From positions 56,030 to 120,029 of IMG/VR virus record IMGVR_UViG_3300023184_000046: a stretch of DNA of 64,000 bases; one strand, 5' to 3'. The notes below the pieces were generated by a model. That model had not been told where the DNA came from. It made no database searches and was given only the letters and a program-made list of their open reading frames with translations. The position numbers were made by a program, and so were the translations under genes. This stretch comes from a virus. Of this stretch, positions 19,293 to 28,670 are shown one piece after another (positions within the stretch are counted from its first letter, which is position 1; every line of letters begins with the position of its first letter).

Positions 19293-21121
19293 ACTTTAAA
19301 AACTGGCTAATACTCTCTGAAGAACAACTTTTAAATGAGGACTTCAAAACTCAAAGAGAAAAATTCATCCAACAAGGCATAGAACCAGATGCCGTTGACT
19401 ATTACCTCAATACATTTAAAACTATCAAAGATAAAAAATACAAACAAATAAATGACCCAATACCAAATCTTGAACATATCAAAGATAAAACCAATATAGA
19501 TGCTTTTAAAATATGGAAAGAACTAGAAGACTTCGTTGATTATGTGAAAAGCCAAGTAGATGTTTCTGGTAAAACTAGTTACAAGAATATCAAAGTAGAC
19601 GCAATACCAATTTATGAAGATAACGACCTGATAATTTATTACGCAGATACTCCTCAAGCATGCGTTACTTACAAAGGCAATGTTCCATATTCTTGGTGTG
19701 TTGCCCGAACCGATGCAAGTAATATGTTTTATCACTATAGATTTGGAACACATAAACCATCATTCTATTTTGTAAAAAACAAGGAACGAACCAATAAAGA
19801 ACTTGAAACATTTAAAGGAGGAACATTCACTGATGAATATCACTTCTTCGTAATCCAAGTAATAAAATATGCTAAACCTGAAAATAAAGATGATCAACAA
19901 TACATTGTAACTTCTGCACAAAATATTGGTGATCAACAAATGTCATGGAATGATATATTAAAACTAGAACCTAAATTAACTAATAAAGAAAATATATTTA
20001 TCAGCAAGCCTCTTGGAATTAAAGAAGAAGAACTATACAAAAAATTCATAAATGGTATTTCTGATGAAGAATTTGAAAACTTACCTTTTGATGAAAAAGA
20101 TATGTACTTAAATATTTATGTTAGACAAAACCGACCACTAACCGACAACCAATTTAAATTTTTACCACCTGATTTAAAAAATAAGTATATTGGCTTTGGA
20201 GTTGGTTTGTCTGATGAACAAGTTGAAATGATTGATTCTAAATTATATAAAAGATATGAAGATGTCACAAAAACTAAAATAGAAAAAACTATTGGAACTG
20301 ACGAATTTAAATTTACACCAAGCGAAGTTAATATATTATTAAAAAATATAAATGAATTTGATTTTAACAAGCTTTCTTATGCGAATGTTGCATATTTGCT
20401 TAAATACGCAACCGATACAGACAATATAGACAACATGGCAAAGTTAATTATACAAAAGAAACAAGAACTTAATGGTATTGATGTTTTTAATTTGCTTGAT
20501 AATGCAACCGATAAAGAAGAAATAGCAGAACTATTACAAAAAGATAAAAAAGATAAAAAAGATAACATTAGTAAACTTAAAAACAATGATATTGTTACAT
20601 TGCTTGATAATGCAACCGATAAAGACAAAATGGCAGAACTACTTATAAAATATAAAACAAAACTTCATGATCCATGGACCTCGAGTATTTGGCATTTGAT
20701 GAATAAGGCAAAAGACAAAGACAAAATAGCAGAACTAATTATCCAAAAAGAAACAGAACTTTCTAGCTTAAATCTCGTTCCTGAGAGTGGTATCGAAGCG
20801 TTACTTTATGATTCAAACGACACAGAAAAAATAGCAACCTTGCTAGGAACAGATAACATAAATAGACTTGAAAGTAGAAATATTCAAAATTTGATTACAA
20901 AATTAGAGGGCAGACCTTTAAAACTAGAAATAATTGCTAAAATATTAGGAGAAAAAAATATAAGTAAACTTACTTATGATTCTATTAAGTTAATGCTTAG
21001 CAAATCATATCCCAAAAAAGAAAATACCGCAAAAATACTAAATCAATATTACGCAAATAAAACACCACAAATAAAAAGATTAATTAATAAACATTTAAAA
21101 ACAAAAACCCCTCCTGAATAA
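19289..21121 (+). CDS. Large capsid-targeting-motif protein with C-terminal helical repeats
   Basis: MNFKNWLILSEE, SWCVAR motif and repeated LLDNATDKxxIAELL units. Confidence 0.7.
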   Translation: MNFKNWLILSEEQLLNEDFKTQREKFIQQGIEPDAVDYYLNTFKTIKDKKYKQINDPIPNLEHIKDKTNIDAFKIWKELEDFVDYVKSQVDVSGKTSYKNIKVDAIPIYEDNDLIIYYADTPQACVTYKGNVPYSWCVARTDASNMFYHYRFGTHKPSFYFVKNKERTNKELETFKGGTFTDEYHFFVIQVIKYAKPENKDDQQYIVTSAQNIGDQQMSWNDILKLEPKLTNKENIFISKPLGIKEEELYKKFINGISDEEFENLPFDEKDMYLNIYVRQNRPLTDNQFKFLPPDLKNKYIGFGVGLSDEQVEMIDSKLYKRYEDVTKTKIEKTIGTDEFKFTPSEVNILLKNINEFDFNKLSYANVAYLLKYATDTDNIDNMAKLIIQKKQELNGIDVFNLLDNATDKEEIAELLQKDKKDKKDNISKLKNNDIVTLLDNATDKDKMAELLIKYKTKLHDPWTSSIWHLMNKAKDKDKIAELIIQKETELSSLNLVPESGIEALLYDSNDTEKIATLLGTDNINRLESRNIQNLITKLEGRPLKLEIIAKILGEKNISKLTYDSIKLMLSKSYPKKENTAKILNQYYANKTPQIKRLINKHLKTKTPPE

Positions 21122-21124
21122 AAT

Positions 21125-21670
21125 CTAACAACGCCAATCATCTGAATACATCCACTTGAAACCACCTGATGTATTAAAACTCTTTCTTCCACTGCAAACA
21201 CTTGATATATTTGCCTTTCTACATCCACTTTCTTTTTCAGCAACCTCTAATGACTCGTACTCTTCTATAAACTCACCTTCTATACTTAATTTTACCACTC
21301 CTTTCTTACCACTCCTGAATCCTAATTCTTCTATCGCATGCCTTGTGTTCATGTAATTACTACACCATTCTAAATTCCCAATCTCGTTATCACCTTTTAT
21401 ACCATTCTTGTGATTTACTTGATCATATCCATTTGGATTAGGTATAAATGCAATTGCCACCAAACGATGAACCTTCATCTTATGCGACTTGCCTAACTTA
21501 TGCAGATAACAATACTGGTAACCTTTATCTGTATAGTGTTGAATACAGATCTTCTCTCTGTCTTTAAAATACAACTTTTTTAACCTGCCGAAATTACTAA
21601 TTAAATATGATTCAAATCCAGCCACTTCTCTCCACTCTTCGTTTAAATCTTTAATTTCTAATTTACTCAT
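21125..21670 (-). CDS. NUMOD4-HNH-NUMOD1 homing endonuclease
   Basis: EEWREVAGFESYLISNFGR (NUMOD4), VHRLVAIAFIPNP...VNHKNGIKGDNEIGNLEW (HNH), EYESLEVAE...ISSVC...GGFKW (NUMOD1). AGGAG RBS at MSKLE. Confidence 0.92.
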   Translation of the reverse strand: MSKLEIKDLNEEWREVAGFESYLISNFGRLKKLYFKDREKICIQHYTDKGYQYCYLHKLGKSHKMKVHRLVAIAFIPNPNGYDQVNHKNGIKGDNEIGNLEWCSNYMNTRHAIEELGFRSGKKGVVKLSIEGEFIEEYESLEVAEKESGCRKANISSVCSGRKSFNTSGGFKWMYSDDWRC

Positions 21671-22000
21671 ATTTAACTCCTTTCTTTTAATATACTGAAT
21701 TTTATTAAACCTTGTCAAACCTGAAAAAATATCACCGCCCTTTTTTTTACCAAACCTCTTTTTATAAATACTACTTTTTTGTACACTAATATACATTTAC
21801 TTAGTATCCAATTTTGCAACAACACAGCACACACCAAAAAATATAGTTCATTAAACAAACAAAGGGAGTGATGATACCACAGGCTATATAGGGAGTACCC
21901 AACTCTCTAATGTTTTTTATTTTTAATTTATTAATTTTTAATTTTGCAACAATTATTTTTTATGATAATGAAATATATTCATACTACTTGTGTAGCTAGT

Positions 22001-22105
22001 TCCCAGTCCCAGTCCCAGTCCCAGTCCCAGTCCCAGTCCCAGTCCCAGTCCCAGTCCCAGTCCCAGTCCCAGTCCCAGTCCCAGTCCCAGTCCCAGTCCC
22101 AGTCC
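22001..22105. repeat. Hexamer tandem repeat (TCCCAG) x ~17
   Basis: Perfect array, directly visible. Confidence 0.97.
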
Positions 22106-22137
22106 TAAGTACATCCGTGCAATACGAAACACTAGGC

Positions 22138-22175
22138 ACAAAAAAATACCCTACACCAAACTGGTGTAGGGTATT
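22138..22175 (-). terminator. Intrinsic terminator
   Basis: ATACCCTACACCA/TGGTGTAGGGTAT stem followed by a T-run on the - strand, just after the stop at 22192. Confidence 0.85.
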
Positions 22176-22191
22176 AAGTTTATTACTTTGC

Positions 22192-22560
22192 TCATGTATG
22201 TCTCTCAAAGATTTCGCTTAACTCTTTAAGGAAGGTTGACCTTATGTTCTTGATAAACTCACTAAACTGTTCGGTAATATCCTGACTATTACCTTCATCA
22301 TCAGGTATACCACAGAACAAAACATCACCTACAAGGTAGTCATTAAACTTAGTTAGCTTATTAGCACGATGCCAAACAGCCGTAGCAATTATATTATCAC
22401 GCAAGCCTTTAAGCTTGCCTTCTTCATTAACAAACCCAGAACCAATATTGCCAGCTTCGATGGCTTCTATGTAGCCACCAACTGCTCTTTGAATTTCTTT
22501 CAGGCCTTCAGCCTGAACTTCAATGATTTCGCCAGAAGTCTTTACAATAACTGCCTTCAT
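22192..22560 (-). CDS. DUF3846-like protein
   Basis: LKEIQRAVGGYIEAI...VNEEGKL..L..N..AT...LVGDV. GGAG RBS. Paralog at 53899. Confidence 0.75.
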   Translation of the reverse strand: MKAVIVKTSGEIIEVQAEGLKEIQRAVGGYIEAIEAGNIGSGFVNEEGKLKGLRDNIIATAVWHRANKLTKFNDYLVGDVLFCGIPDDEGNSQDITEQFSEFIKNIRSTFLKELSEIFERHT

Positions 22561-22658
22561 GATTATCTCCAACATAGCTGGAATTGGTTGTTTATAAATG
22601 ATTAAGTCACCAGCAATGACTAACATCATCAGCAATGTTTATAACTTGCTTACTGTAC

Positions 22659-22689
22659 TATCGGTTTAAAAGCTGTGCCATTTTCAACT
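22659..22689 (-). promoter_or_regulatory. AGTTGAAA-N17-CCGATA promoter-like motif (copy 1 of 16)
   Basis: Recurrent motif upstream of - strand genes. Confidence 0.75.
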
Positions 22690-22716
22690 ATTTAAAAAAT
22701 ATTTTATAAGATTGTT

Positions 22717-22905
22717 CTTAAGTACAACTGTGCAATAGGAAATCTTAAGTACAACTGTGCAATAGGAAATCTTAAGTACAACTGTGCAATAGGAAATCTT
22801 AAGTACAACTGTGCAATAGGAAATCTTAAGTACAACTGTGCAATGGGAAATCTTAAGTACATCTGTGCAATAGGAAATCTTAAGTACATCTGTGCAATGG
22901 GAAAC
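22717..22905. repeat. 27-bp tandem repeat x7 (CTTAAGTACA(A/T)CTGTGCAAT(A/G)GGAAAT)
   Basis: Directly visible. Member of the AAGTACATCCGTGCAAT family. Confidence 0.95.
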
Positions 22906-22914
22906 ACTAGGCAC

Positions 22915-22954
22915 AAAAAAATACCCTACACCATTTTGTTTGGTGTAGGGTATT
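22915..22954 (-). terminator. Intrinsic terminator
   Basis: Same ATACCCTACACCA stem as at 22138, plus T-run. Confidence 0.85.
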
Positions 22955-22971
22955 AAGTTTACTTACATGGT

Positions 22972-23427
22972 TTACATGGCCTTGGATGATTCGATCTCGG
23001 CAAAGCTGGCCTGCACCTTTACAGTTTGCTTGCCTGATACCGATACCTTTGGTATCGTTTCGGCAAAGACTTCTTTGATTGTATCCATCTTTGCTTTCAT
23101 TTTCTTTGACAGGATTACCAGCTTACCATCTTCTTTTTTCTCAAGCATTGCAGCCATGGCCTTCGCAGCCTTCTCGACTGCTTCATCACCATAGCTACCA
23201 AACTCGGCAGCAAATGCAGCAGCAAACTCATAGATGCTTACAGAGACAGTACCAGTCCTCTCGTAATCTTCGCCTTTATTGATTGAACCAGAAACATCAA
23301 TGTTCTGGATATCACCAGAAATATTATCAAGGATTGTTATCGAGCAATCAATTTTATGATTACCCGTGTTAAGCTTTTCTTCTTTTTCTCCAAATACCTT
23401 CTGGACTGCGATAAAAATCTCATTCAT
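22972..23427 (-). CDS. Hypothetical protein, paralog of 38764-39219
   Basis: Shared KVFGE...G.(I/V)NKGEDYER..TVSV..YEF...VFAET.PK.SVSGK. Confidence 0.8.
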   Translation of the reverse strand: MNEIFIAVQKVFGEKEEKLNTGNHKIDCSITILDNISGDIQNIDVSGSINKGEDYERTGTVSVSIYEFAAAFAAEFGSYGDEAVEKAAKAMAAMLEKKEDGKLVILSKKMKAKMDTIKEVFAETIPKVSVSGKQTVKVQASFAEIESSKAM

Positions 23428-23512
23428 AGCACTATCTCCATCATAGCTGGCATTGATTGTTTATAAGTGATTGTCACCAGCAATAACGAATCACTTTGTT
23501 TGTCTAATGTAT

Positions 23513-23543
23513 TATCGGTTTAAAAGCTGTGCCATTTTCATCT
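23513..23543 (-). promoter_or_regulatory. Promoter-like motif (AGATGAAA-N17-CCGATA)
   Basis: Spacer identical to the copy at 22659. Confidence 0.7.
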
Positions 23544-23572
23544 ATTTAGAAAATATTTTATAATTTATGATT

Positions 23573-23824
23573 CTTAAGTACATCTGTGCAATAGGAAATA
23601 AGTTTATGATAATAATTCTTAAGTACATCCGTCCAATGGGAAATAAGTTTATGGTTTATGATTCTTAAGTACATCCGTCCAATGGGAAATAAGCTTATGG
23701 TTTATGATTCTTAAGTACATCTGTGCAATAGGAAATCTTACGGCAATGGTAAATCCTAAGTACATCTGTGCAATAGGAAATCTTACGGCAATGGTAAATC
23801 CTAAGTACATCTGTGCAATAGGGA
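23573..23824. repeat. Six AAGTACATC(C/T)GT(G/C)CAAT motifs at ~45-46 bp period
   Basis: Directly visible. The inter-repeat segments are themselves repeated. Confidence 0.9.
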
Positions 23825-23918
23825 TTGCATTACATTGTGTTTTAAAGCGTTTGTTCTTTACTTGACCTAAGACTCATCTTAGCAAGAGATCGTTGAAAAT
23901 AGACGCATTGTGTGGGTG

Positions 23919-24003
23919 CTGGTGATGATATGCGGGTGATGATATGCGGGTGATGATATGCGGGTGATGATATGCGGGTGATGATATGCTGGTGATGATA
24001 TGG
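23919..24003. repeat. 14-bp tandem repeat GGTGATGATATGCG
   Basis: About 6 copies directly after the terminator on the - strand. Confidence 0.9.
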
Positions 24004-24008
24004 AAACG

Positions 24009-24047
24009 AAAAAATCCCCTACACCATTTTTAGTGGTGTAGGGGATT
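24009..24047 (-). terminator. Intrinsic terminator
   Basis: AATCCCCTACACCA/TGGTGTAGGGGATT stem plus T-run. Confidence 0.85.
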
Positions 24048-24055
24048 AGGTTTAT

Positions 24056-24253
24056 TTACTTGGCCAGCTTTTTTAATTCTACTGGGTCAAGGTGGTTCTT
24101 TTCAACATGATCGACCAGCTTAACTTTAATTTCCTTCAACTTCTCTTTGAGAACTTCGATTGTTTTCTCGATTGCATCTTTTTTGGAATCTAATGCAATC
24201 CATTCAGCAACAGGAAAGCAATCACCAGCATAGTTATAATTTTCAGCTTCCAT
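24056..24253 (-). CDS. Small hypothetical protein
   Basis: GAGGA RBS before MEAENY. Preceded by the conserved leader element. Confidence 0.6.
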   Translation of the reverse strand: MEAENYNYAGDCFPVAEWIALDSKKDAIEKTIEVLKEKLKEIKVKLVDHVEKNHLDPVELKKLAK

Positions 24254-24332
24254 AACATTAATCCTCGTAGCTGGAAGTAAATGGTTGTAAATGATTGTCA
24301 CCAGCAATAACGAATCATTTATGTAGGTTTAA

Positions 24333-24368
24333 TAATCCCCTTGCACCATGTTAATTGGTGCAAGGGGA
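24333..24368 (-). terminator. Hairpin after vWA gene (terminator or processing site)
   Basis: TCCCCTTGCACCA/TGGTGCAAGGGGA stem. Confidence 0.7.
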
Positions 24369-24375
24369 GATAAGT

Positions 24376-26217
24376 TTATTTAGTAACTAACTTTTTGATG
24401 GCCCTGCAAAGTAGTGGCAGGGATGACATCGTATCAGCAAGCGTAACCCAGTTACCTTGGCCGTAAAGCTTGTCGCCTATTCGATGATCGAAAGCATTAG
24501 CAATCCCGATTCCGAATACTCCAACTCCCGATTTTCTAGCTTCAACTACACATTTGTTTGTGTGATTTACTCCTAGACTTCCATCGTAACAGTTAGCACT
24601 TGGTTGACCATCTGAAATAACAAACAGATGATGAATCGAGTTAGCATTTGCTGGATTGGTTTCTATCATTTTTTGAGATATAAACCTCACGGCAAATCCA
24701 TCTGCATTGTTTGCAATTCCATCTGCAACTGCCAAGTTTTTAGTGTTGTCGAAACCTTTCCCAAAATATGGGAACATTTGGACAACATTGGCAACTCCAC
24801 CAGAATCAGCGGTATGACCATAAACAACTAAGTCTATGCCCCTAATGCCTTTTATGGCTTCGACAAGCTGCAAGCAAACTGTTCTTGCATCTGTAATGTT
24901 TCGGCCCATCATACTGCCTGACTGGTCAAGCAATAATCCAATGGTGTACTGTTTTCCTTTAGGCACTTCCTTTGTCTCAAATAGGCGAATCTTTTCACCC
25001 ATTTGAAATTTATGAAGTCCATTAACATCGAGATCGCCAAGCGTTTTACCAAAGTCTGGCCTTGCAAGCTTTACCGATTTAAACGCAAAGCTATTTTTAA
25101 TAGCTTCGATTGCTCTGCGATTTTTTATTAGAAAATCTCGGTAAGCATCTTTGGTTTTTGGCTTCATCCTAGCGTTTGTAACTTGATACTTGACCTTGGC
25201 TGGATCACCTTCCTTGGCTTCTGGTTCTTCGAGTTTTACTTCTTCTGGTTTTTCATCACCAGAGGAAAGCTTGTTTAACTCTGCAAGAACTGGTGAATGT
25301 TCTTCTGGTACTGGCGAATCTAAGAGTCTTTCAGCAGGTGTTTTAAATGGCGAACCATGGCCCTTGCACTTTTTATCTTTTCCTTCACCTTCACCATCGC
25401 CACCTTCAGCTTCTCCTTCACCATCTTCACCTTCACCACCTTCACCACCTTCACCATCGCCATCTTCACCTTCACCATCTTCTGGTGGTGCTGGTGGTGC
25501 TGGTGGTGCTGGTGGTTTTTCTTCTTCTTCCAATTCGATTATTTTGTCCTTAATCGTCTTGTAGATTCGTTCTGCGACTTCCAGTCTTTCATATCCCTCT
25601 GGACTATGATTGACTTTGAAATCCTCGGAAACATGGTCAAGAATCTCTTTAAATTCTTCCCAATGTTCTTGGATACCAGTATCACCAAAGTCTACTTCTG
25701 ATTGTGGCAATGTCCACTTTTCCATGATTGCGTTTACTTTTTCTGTCATGCTAGTTTTCTGGTTCACTTGTTTTTCGCATGAAATAGATTCTTGAAAAGC
25801 TTCAACTTCTGGTGTGAAACCAGTCCACTTTTCTTTGACTTTATCAAAGCTATTTTTGGTCAAGATTCCGTTGAAAATACTAATGCCTGTTTTACTTACC
25901 ATGTCACCAGTTTGACTGGTAAATCCTGTTACTGACATTTTCTCTTTGCTGGTCTTGCTTCTTAGCATTTCTTGCTTCGCAAGTATTCTACCCTTTTCTT
26001 CAAGCATGGCCTGTTCTACTTGTTCGACCTTTTTGCCATCAGCACTAATAAATTTACCAGCATCAATCACGATACTGTTTGAAGCACTTGCACCAGTAGC
26101 TTGTGTGAACCGAACTTCAATATTCTTTTCTGATCCATCTGAACTGTTCTGGATTAAATTGGCGGTGTTTGCCAATTCCCTAAGAATATCCATGCCAACA
26201 TCTTTGTTATTACTCAT
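24376..26217 (-). CDS. vWA-domain protein (CobT/NorD-like partner of MoxR ATPase), copy 1
   Basis: MIDAS LLDQSGSM...ISDGQP. Acidic Gly/Glu linker. Directly downstream of the AAA+ gene. Confidence 0.85.
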   Translation of the reverse strand: MSNNKDVGMDILRELANTANLIQNSSDGSEKNIEVRFTQATGASASNSIVIDAGKFISADGKKVEQVEQAMLEEKGRILAKQEMLRSKTSKEKMSVTGFTSQTGDMVSKTGISIFNGILTKNSFDKVKEKWTGFTPEVEAFQESISCEKQVNQKTSMTEKVNAIMEKWTLPQSEVDFGDTGIQEHWEEFKEILDHVSEDFKVNHSPEGYERLEVAERIYKTIKDKIIELEEEEKPPAPPAPPAPPEDGEGEDGDGEGGEGGEGEDGEGEAEGGDGEGEGKDKKCKGHGSPFKTPAERLLDSPVPEEHSPVLAELNKLSSGDEKPEEVKLEEPEAKEGDPAKVKYQVTNARMKPKTKDAYRDFLIKNRRAIEAIKNSFAFKSVKLARPDFGKTLGDLDVNGLHKFQMGEKIRLFETKEVPKGKQYTIGLLLDQSGSMMGRNITDARTVCLQLVEAIKGIRGIDLVVYGHTADSGGVANVVQMFPYFGKGFDNTKNLAVADGIANNADGFAVRFISQKMIETNPANANSIHHLFVISDGQPSANCYDGSLGVNHTNKCVVEARKSGVGVFGIGIANAFDHRIGDKLYGQGNWVTLADTMSSLPLLCRAIKKLVTK

Positions 26218-26336
26218 GTTCAATCATCCTTTAAAAAACTACAAAAACAAAAAGCTTGCAAAACATTTGCAAGCTTGATTACCACAATCAAATTTAACCC
26301 CCCTAATTCTTTGATTAGAGGGGTTTAAAAGGTTTA

Positions 26337-27581
26337 CTAGGCTAATCCCGCACCCTTCAACAACTCCCGAATTTTAGCCCTTTCGGATTCCTTAGAACCA
26401 TCATCTGTAAAATGGTTCACGATAGAAAATTCCAAACTGCTATTCCCGATTACTGCAAGCTTGGAAGCTGCGTTTTCCAGCAATCTGGTACTTAAGCTTT
26501 TGGTGTAAACTTCGCAAGCTTTATGTTTTGCACGAACTGTTCGGGCAATCATTGCAAGCTTATCTGACCTTGCAGCATCTAGGCCATGCTTACGCTGCAA
26601 TAGCAAGCTTTCATCCTTTTCATCGAGATAATCGACTTCGATTATATCGGAGAACCGATCACTAATTGCACCATCCATTTGATCTGTTCCCGTGAATTGC
26701 GATCCTTCATTCATCGTAGCAAAGAATGTAACTCCCGCTGCAACTGTGATAAACTCGCCAGTATCATCGAGAAAAGTTTGCCCCCTTGAATCTGCCATGG
26801 GAAGAAAAGTATTCATTGCCATTGGACTAAGGCGGTTGATTTCATCCAAGATGACTACCATCCTTGGCACTCTAATAGCGTTTACAAATTGGGAATAAAT
26901 CCATCGTATTCCCTTGTCATCCGCTGTTTTGAAACCAAACAAATCTTTGGCTTCACGCAAGGTAGGGCAATCAATTATTACTGCTGGTCTTTTTGCCTTG
27001 GCAGCAAATTGTAAGGCCAGCATTGTTTTCCCGCATCCAGCAGGGCCGACCAAACGAATCTTTGCACTAGGTTTACCCGCTGCGAAATCCCTGCGAGATA
27101 ACTTTTCAATCCCATTCAAATATTCCTTCAACTTTGGGTTGAAGGTAAAGTGGGGATCAATTGTTGGTATTGGAACTGGTGCAACTACTGGTGCAACCTT
27201 GGGAACAACTGGTGCTGGTGCTGGTTTAACTGCAACTGGTGCTGATTCCAATTCAGCATCTTTTGGCACTTCATAACCATCATCTAGGCCATCATCGTAT
27301 TCACTCATACTCTCAATATCCTCCATAAAGTTTTCTTCTTCAACTGGTGCAACTGGAACAACAACTACTGGTTTAACTGGTGCTACTGGTGTTTCACCAG
27401 CTTTAACTGCTTCCTTATACTGATGTCTTACTGCTGACCACTCAGCCTTTGTGATTTCGATACAAGCATCTTGGCAAGTCTTATGACAAGCTTCAAAGCT
27501 TGCCAAACCCTTTGAGTTTACCATTACTTCCCTAAGTAATTTGTACTTTTCGCTTCTTGCTTCACGGCTGAAAAAACTCAT
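26337..27581 (-). CDS. MoxR-family AAA+ ATPase (CobS/CbbQ/NorQ-like), copy 1
   Basis: Walker A GPAGCGKT, Walker B VILDEINR, ATMNEG..FTGT..MD.A..DRF, STRLL. AGGAG RBS at MSFFSR. Confidence 0.9.
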   Translation of the reverse strand: MSFFSREARSEKYKLLREVMVNSKGLASFEACHKTCQDACIEITKAEWSAVRHQYKEAVKAGETPVAPVKPVVVVPVAPVEEENFMEDIESMSEYDDGLDDGYEVPKDAELESAPVAVKPAPAPVVPKVAPVVAPVPIPTIDPHFTFNPKLKEYLNGIEKLSRRDFAAGKPSAKIRLVGPAGCGKTMLALQFAAKAKRPAVIIDCPTLREAKDLFGFKTADDKGIRWIYSQFVNAIRVPRMVVILDEINRLSPMAMNTFLPMADSRGQTFLDDTGEFITVAAGVTFFATMNEGSQFTGTDQMDGAISDRFSDIIEVDYLDEKDESLLLQRKHGLDAARSDKLAMIARTVRAKHKACEVYTKSLSTRLLENAASKLAVIGNSSLEFSIVNHFTDDGSKESERAKIRELLKGAGLA

Positions 27582-27660
27582 AATCAAACTCCTAAATTTA
27601 AAAAAAACAACAAAAAACCACATGGCAACAAAACCCTGTGGTGTGATAAGCTTATTGGTA

Positions 27661-27691
27661 TATCGGTTTGAAACTCGATCCATTTTCAACT
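27661..27691 (-). promoter_or_regulatory. AGTTGAAA-N17-CCGATA promoter-like motif
   Basis: 80 bp upstream of MoxR copy 1. Confidence 0.75.
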
Positions 27692-27713
27692 ATTTTTTTT
27701 TATTTTGAAAATA

Positions 27714-27944
27714 TTAATTTTCATCATCATCTTCACAATTAAAAGGCAGTTTACCAAGGTATAACTTATACCCTGCCTTTAATAATGTTTCTTTCACTTC
27801 CTCATTAGTTCCGAATATGTGTGCCTTATTATTGTTTTTATCAAAATACACGGCTTCAACGATATCATCCGTGAAAAACATTGGCAATCCTAGTGCTTTA
27901 ACATCGAAACCCATTACATCTGGCATCAAATCAAATGTTTCCAT
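27714..27944 (-). CDS. Small hypothetical protein
   Basis: AAGGT RBS. Has its own promoter motif at 27992. Confidence 0.65.
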   Translation of the reverse strand: METFDLMPDVMGFDVKALGLPMFFTDDIVEAVYFDKNNNKAHIFGTNEEVKETLLKAGYKLYLGKLPFNCEDDDEN

Positions 27945-27991
27945 GACATAACCTTTCAGTTAAATAAAGGGGCAACAAATTACTATTGTTG

Positions 27992-28022
27992 TATCGGTTT
28001 AAATTTTGATCCATTTTCAACT
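27992..28022 (-). promoter_or_regulatory. AGTTGAAA-N17-CCGATA promoter-like motif
   Basis: Recurrent motif. Confidence 0.75.
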
Positions 28023-28073
28023 ATTTTTTTTTATTTTAAAAGTATTTTAAGATTACAAAGTTTATAACCTTAC

Positions 28074-28670
28074 ATTTCTTATTGTACGGATGTACTTTAG
28101 GATAAGCTTATTTCCTATTGTGCGGATGTACTTTAGGATAAGCTTATTTCCTATTGTGCGGATGTACTTGCAGGCGGATGTAATTATAAAAAAATAAGTT
28201 TACAAGTACATCCGTATAATAAGTTTATAAGTACATCCGTGCAATAAGTTTATAAGTACATCCGTGCAATAAGTTATTAAGTTGAATTGTTTTAAGTACA
28301 TCCGTGCAATAAGGAAAAGCTTATTTTGTTTTATTTCGTATTGCACGGATGTACTTAATAAAGTTTAAGGTCACAAATTGTGACCTTAAGTACATCCGTC
28401 CAATGGGAAATAAGTTTATAGTTTATAATTCTTAAGTACATCCGTGCAATGGGACACAATTCTGGGACATAAATTATTTTGTAAGTACATCTGTGCAATA
28501 GGAAATAAGTTTATAGTTTATGATTCTTAAGTACATCCGTGCAATCGGAAATCTTAAGTACATCTGTGCAATAGGAAATAAGTTTATGGTTTATGATTCT
28601 TAAGTACATCCGTGCAATGTGAAATAAGTTTATATTTATAATTCTTAAGTACATCCGTGCAATGTGAAAT
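28074..28670. repeat. Array of ~15 AAGTACATCCGTGCAAT motifs in both orientations, with a 25-bp palindrome at 28365-28389
   Basis: 4 inverted and 11 direct copies counted by eye. Confidence 0.9.

Noticed and set aside
1-21121. Eukaryotic giant virus origin (RCC1, ankyrin, mucin, sulfotransferases)
   Set aside because: Shine-Dalgarno sites, intrinsic terminators, CsrA, Tat/lipoprotein signals and T4-like late boxes indicate a bacteriophage
21953-22916. ORFs (LG)n, (TG)n, ISYCTVVLK and FPIAQLYLR repeats
   Set aside because: They arise from stop-free non-coding repeats, lie downstream of terminators and lack an RBS
23573-23824. CRISPR array (27-bp repeats with ~19-bp spacers; also 28387-28670)
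   Set aside because: Spacers are too short and repeat each other, repeats vary and occur in both orientations, and there are no cas genes in the window
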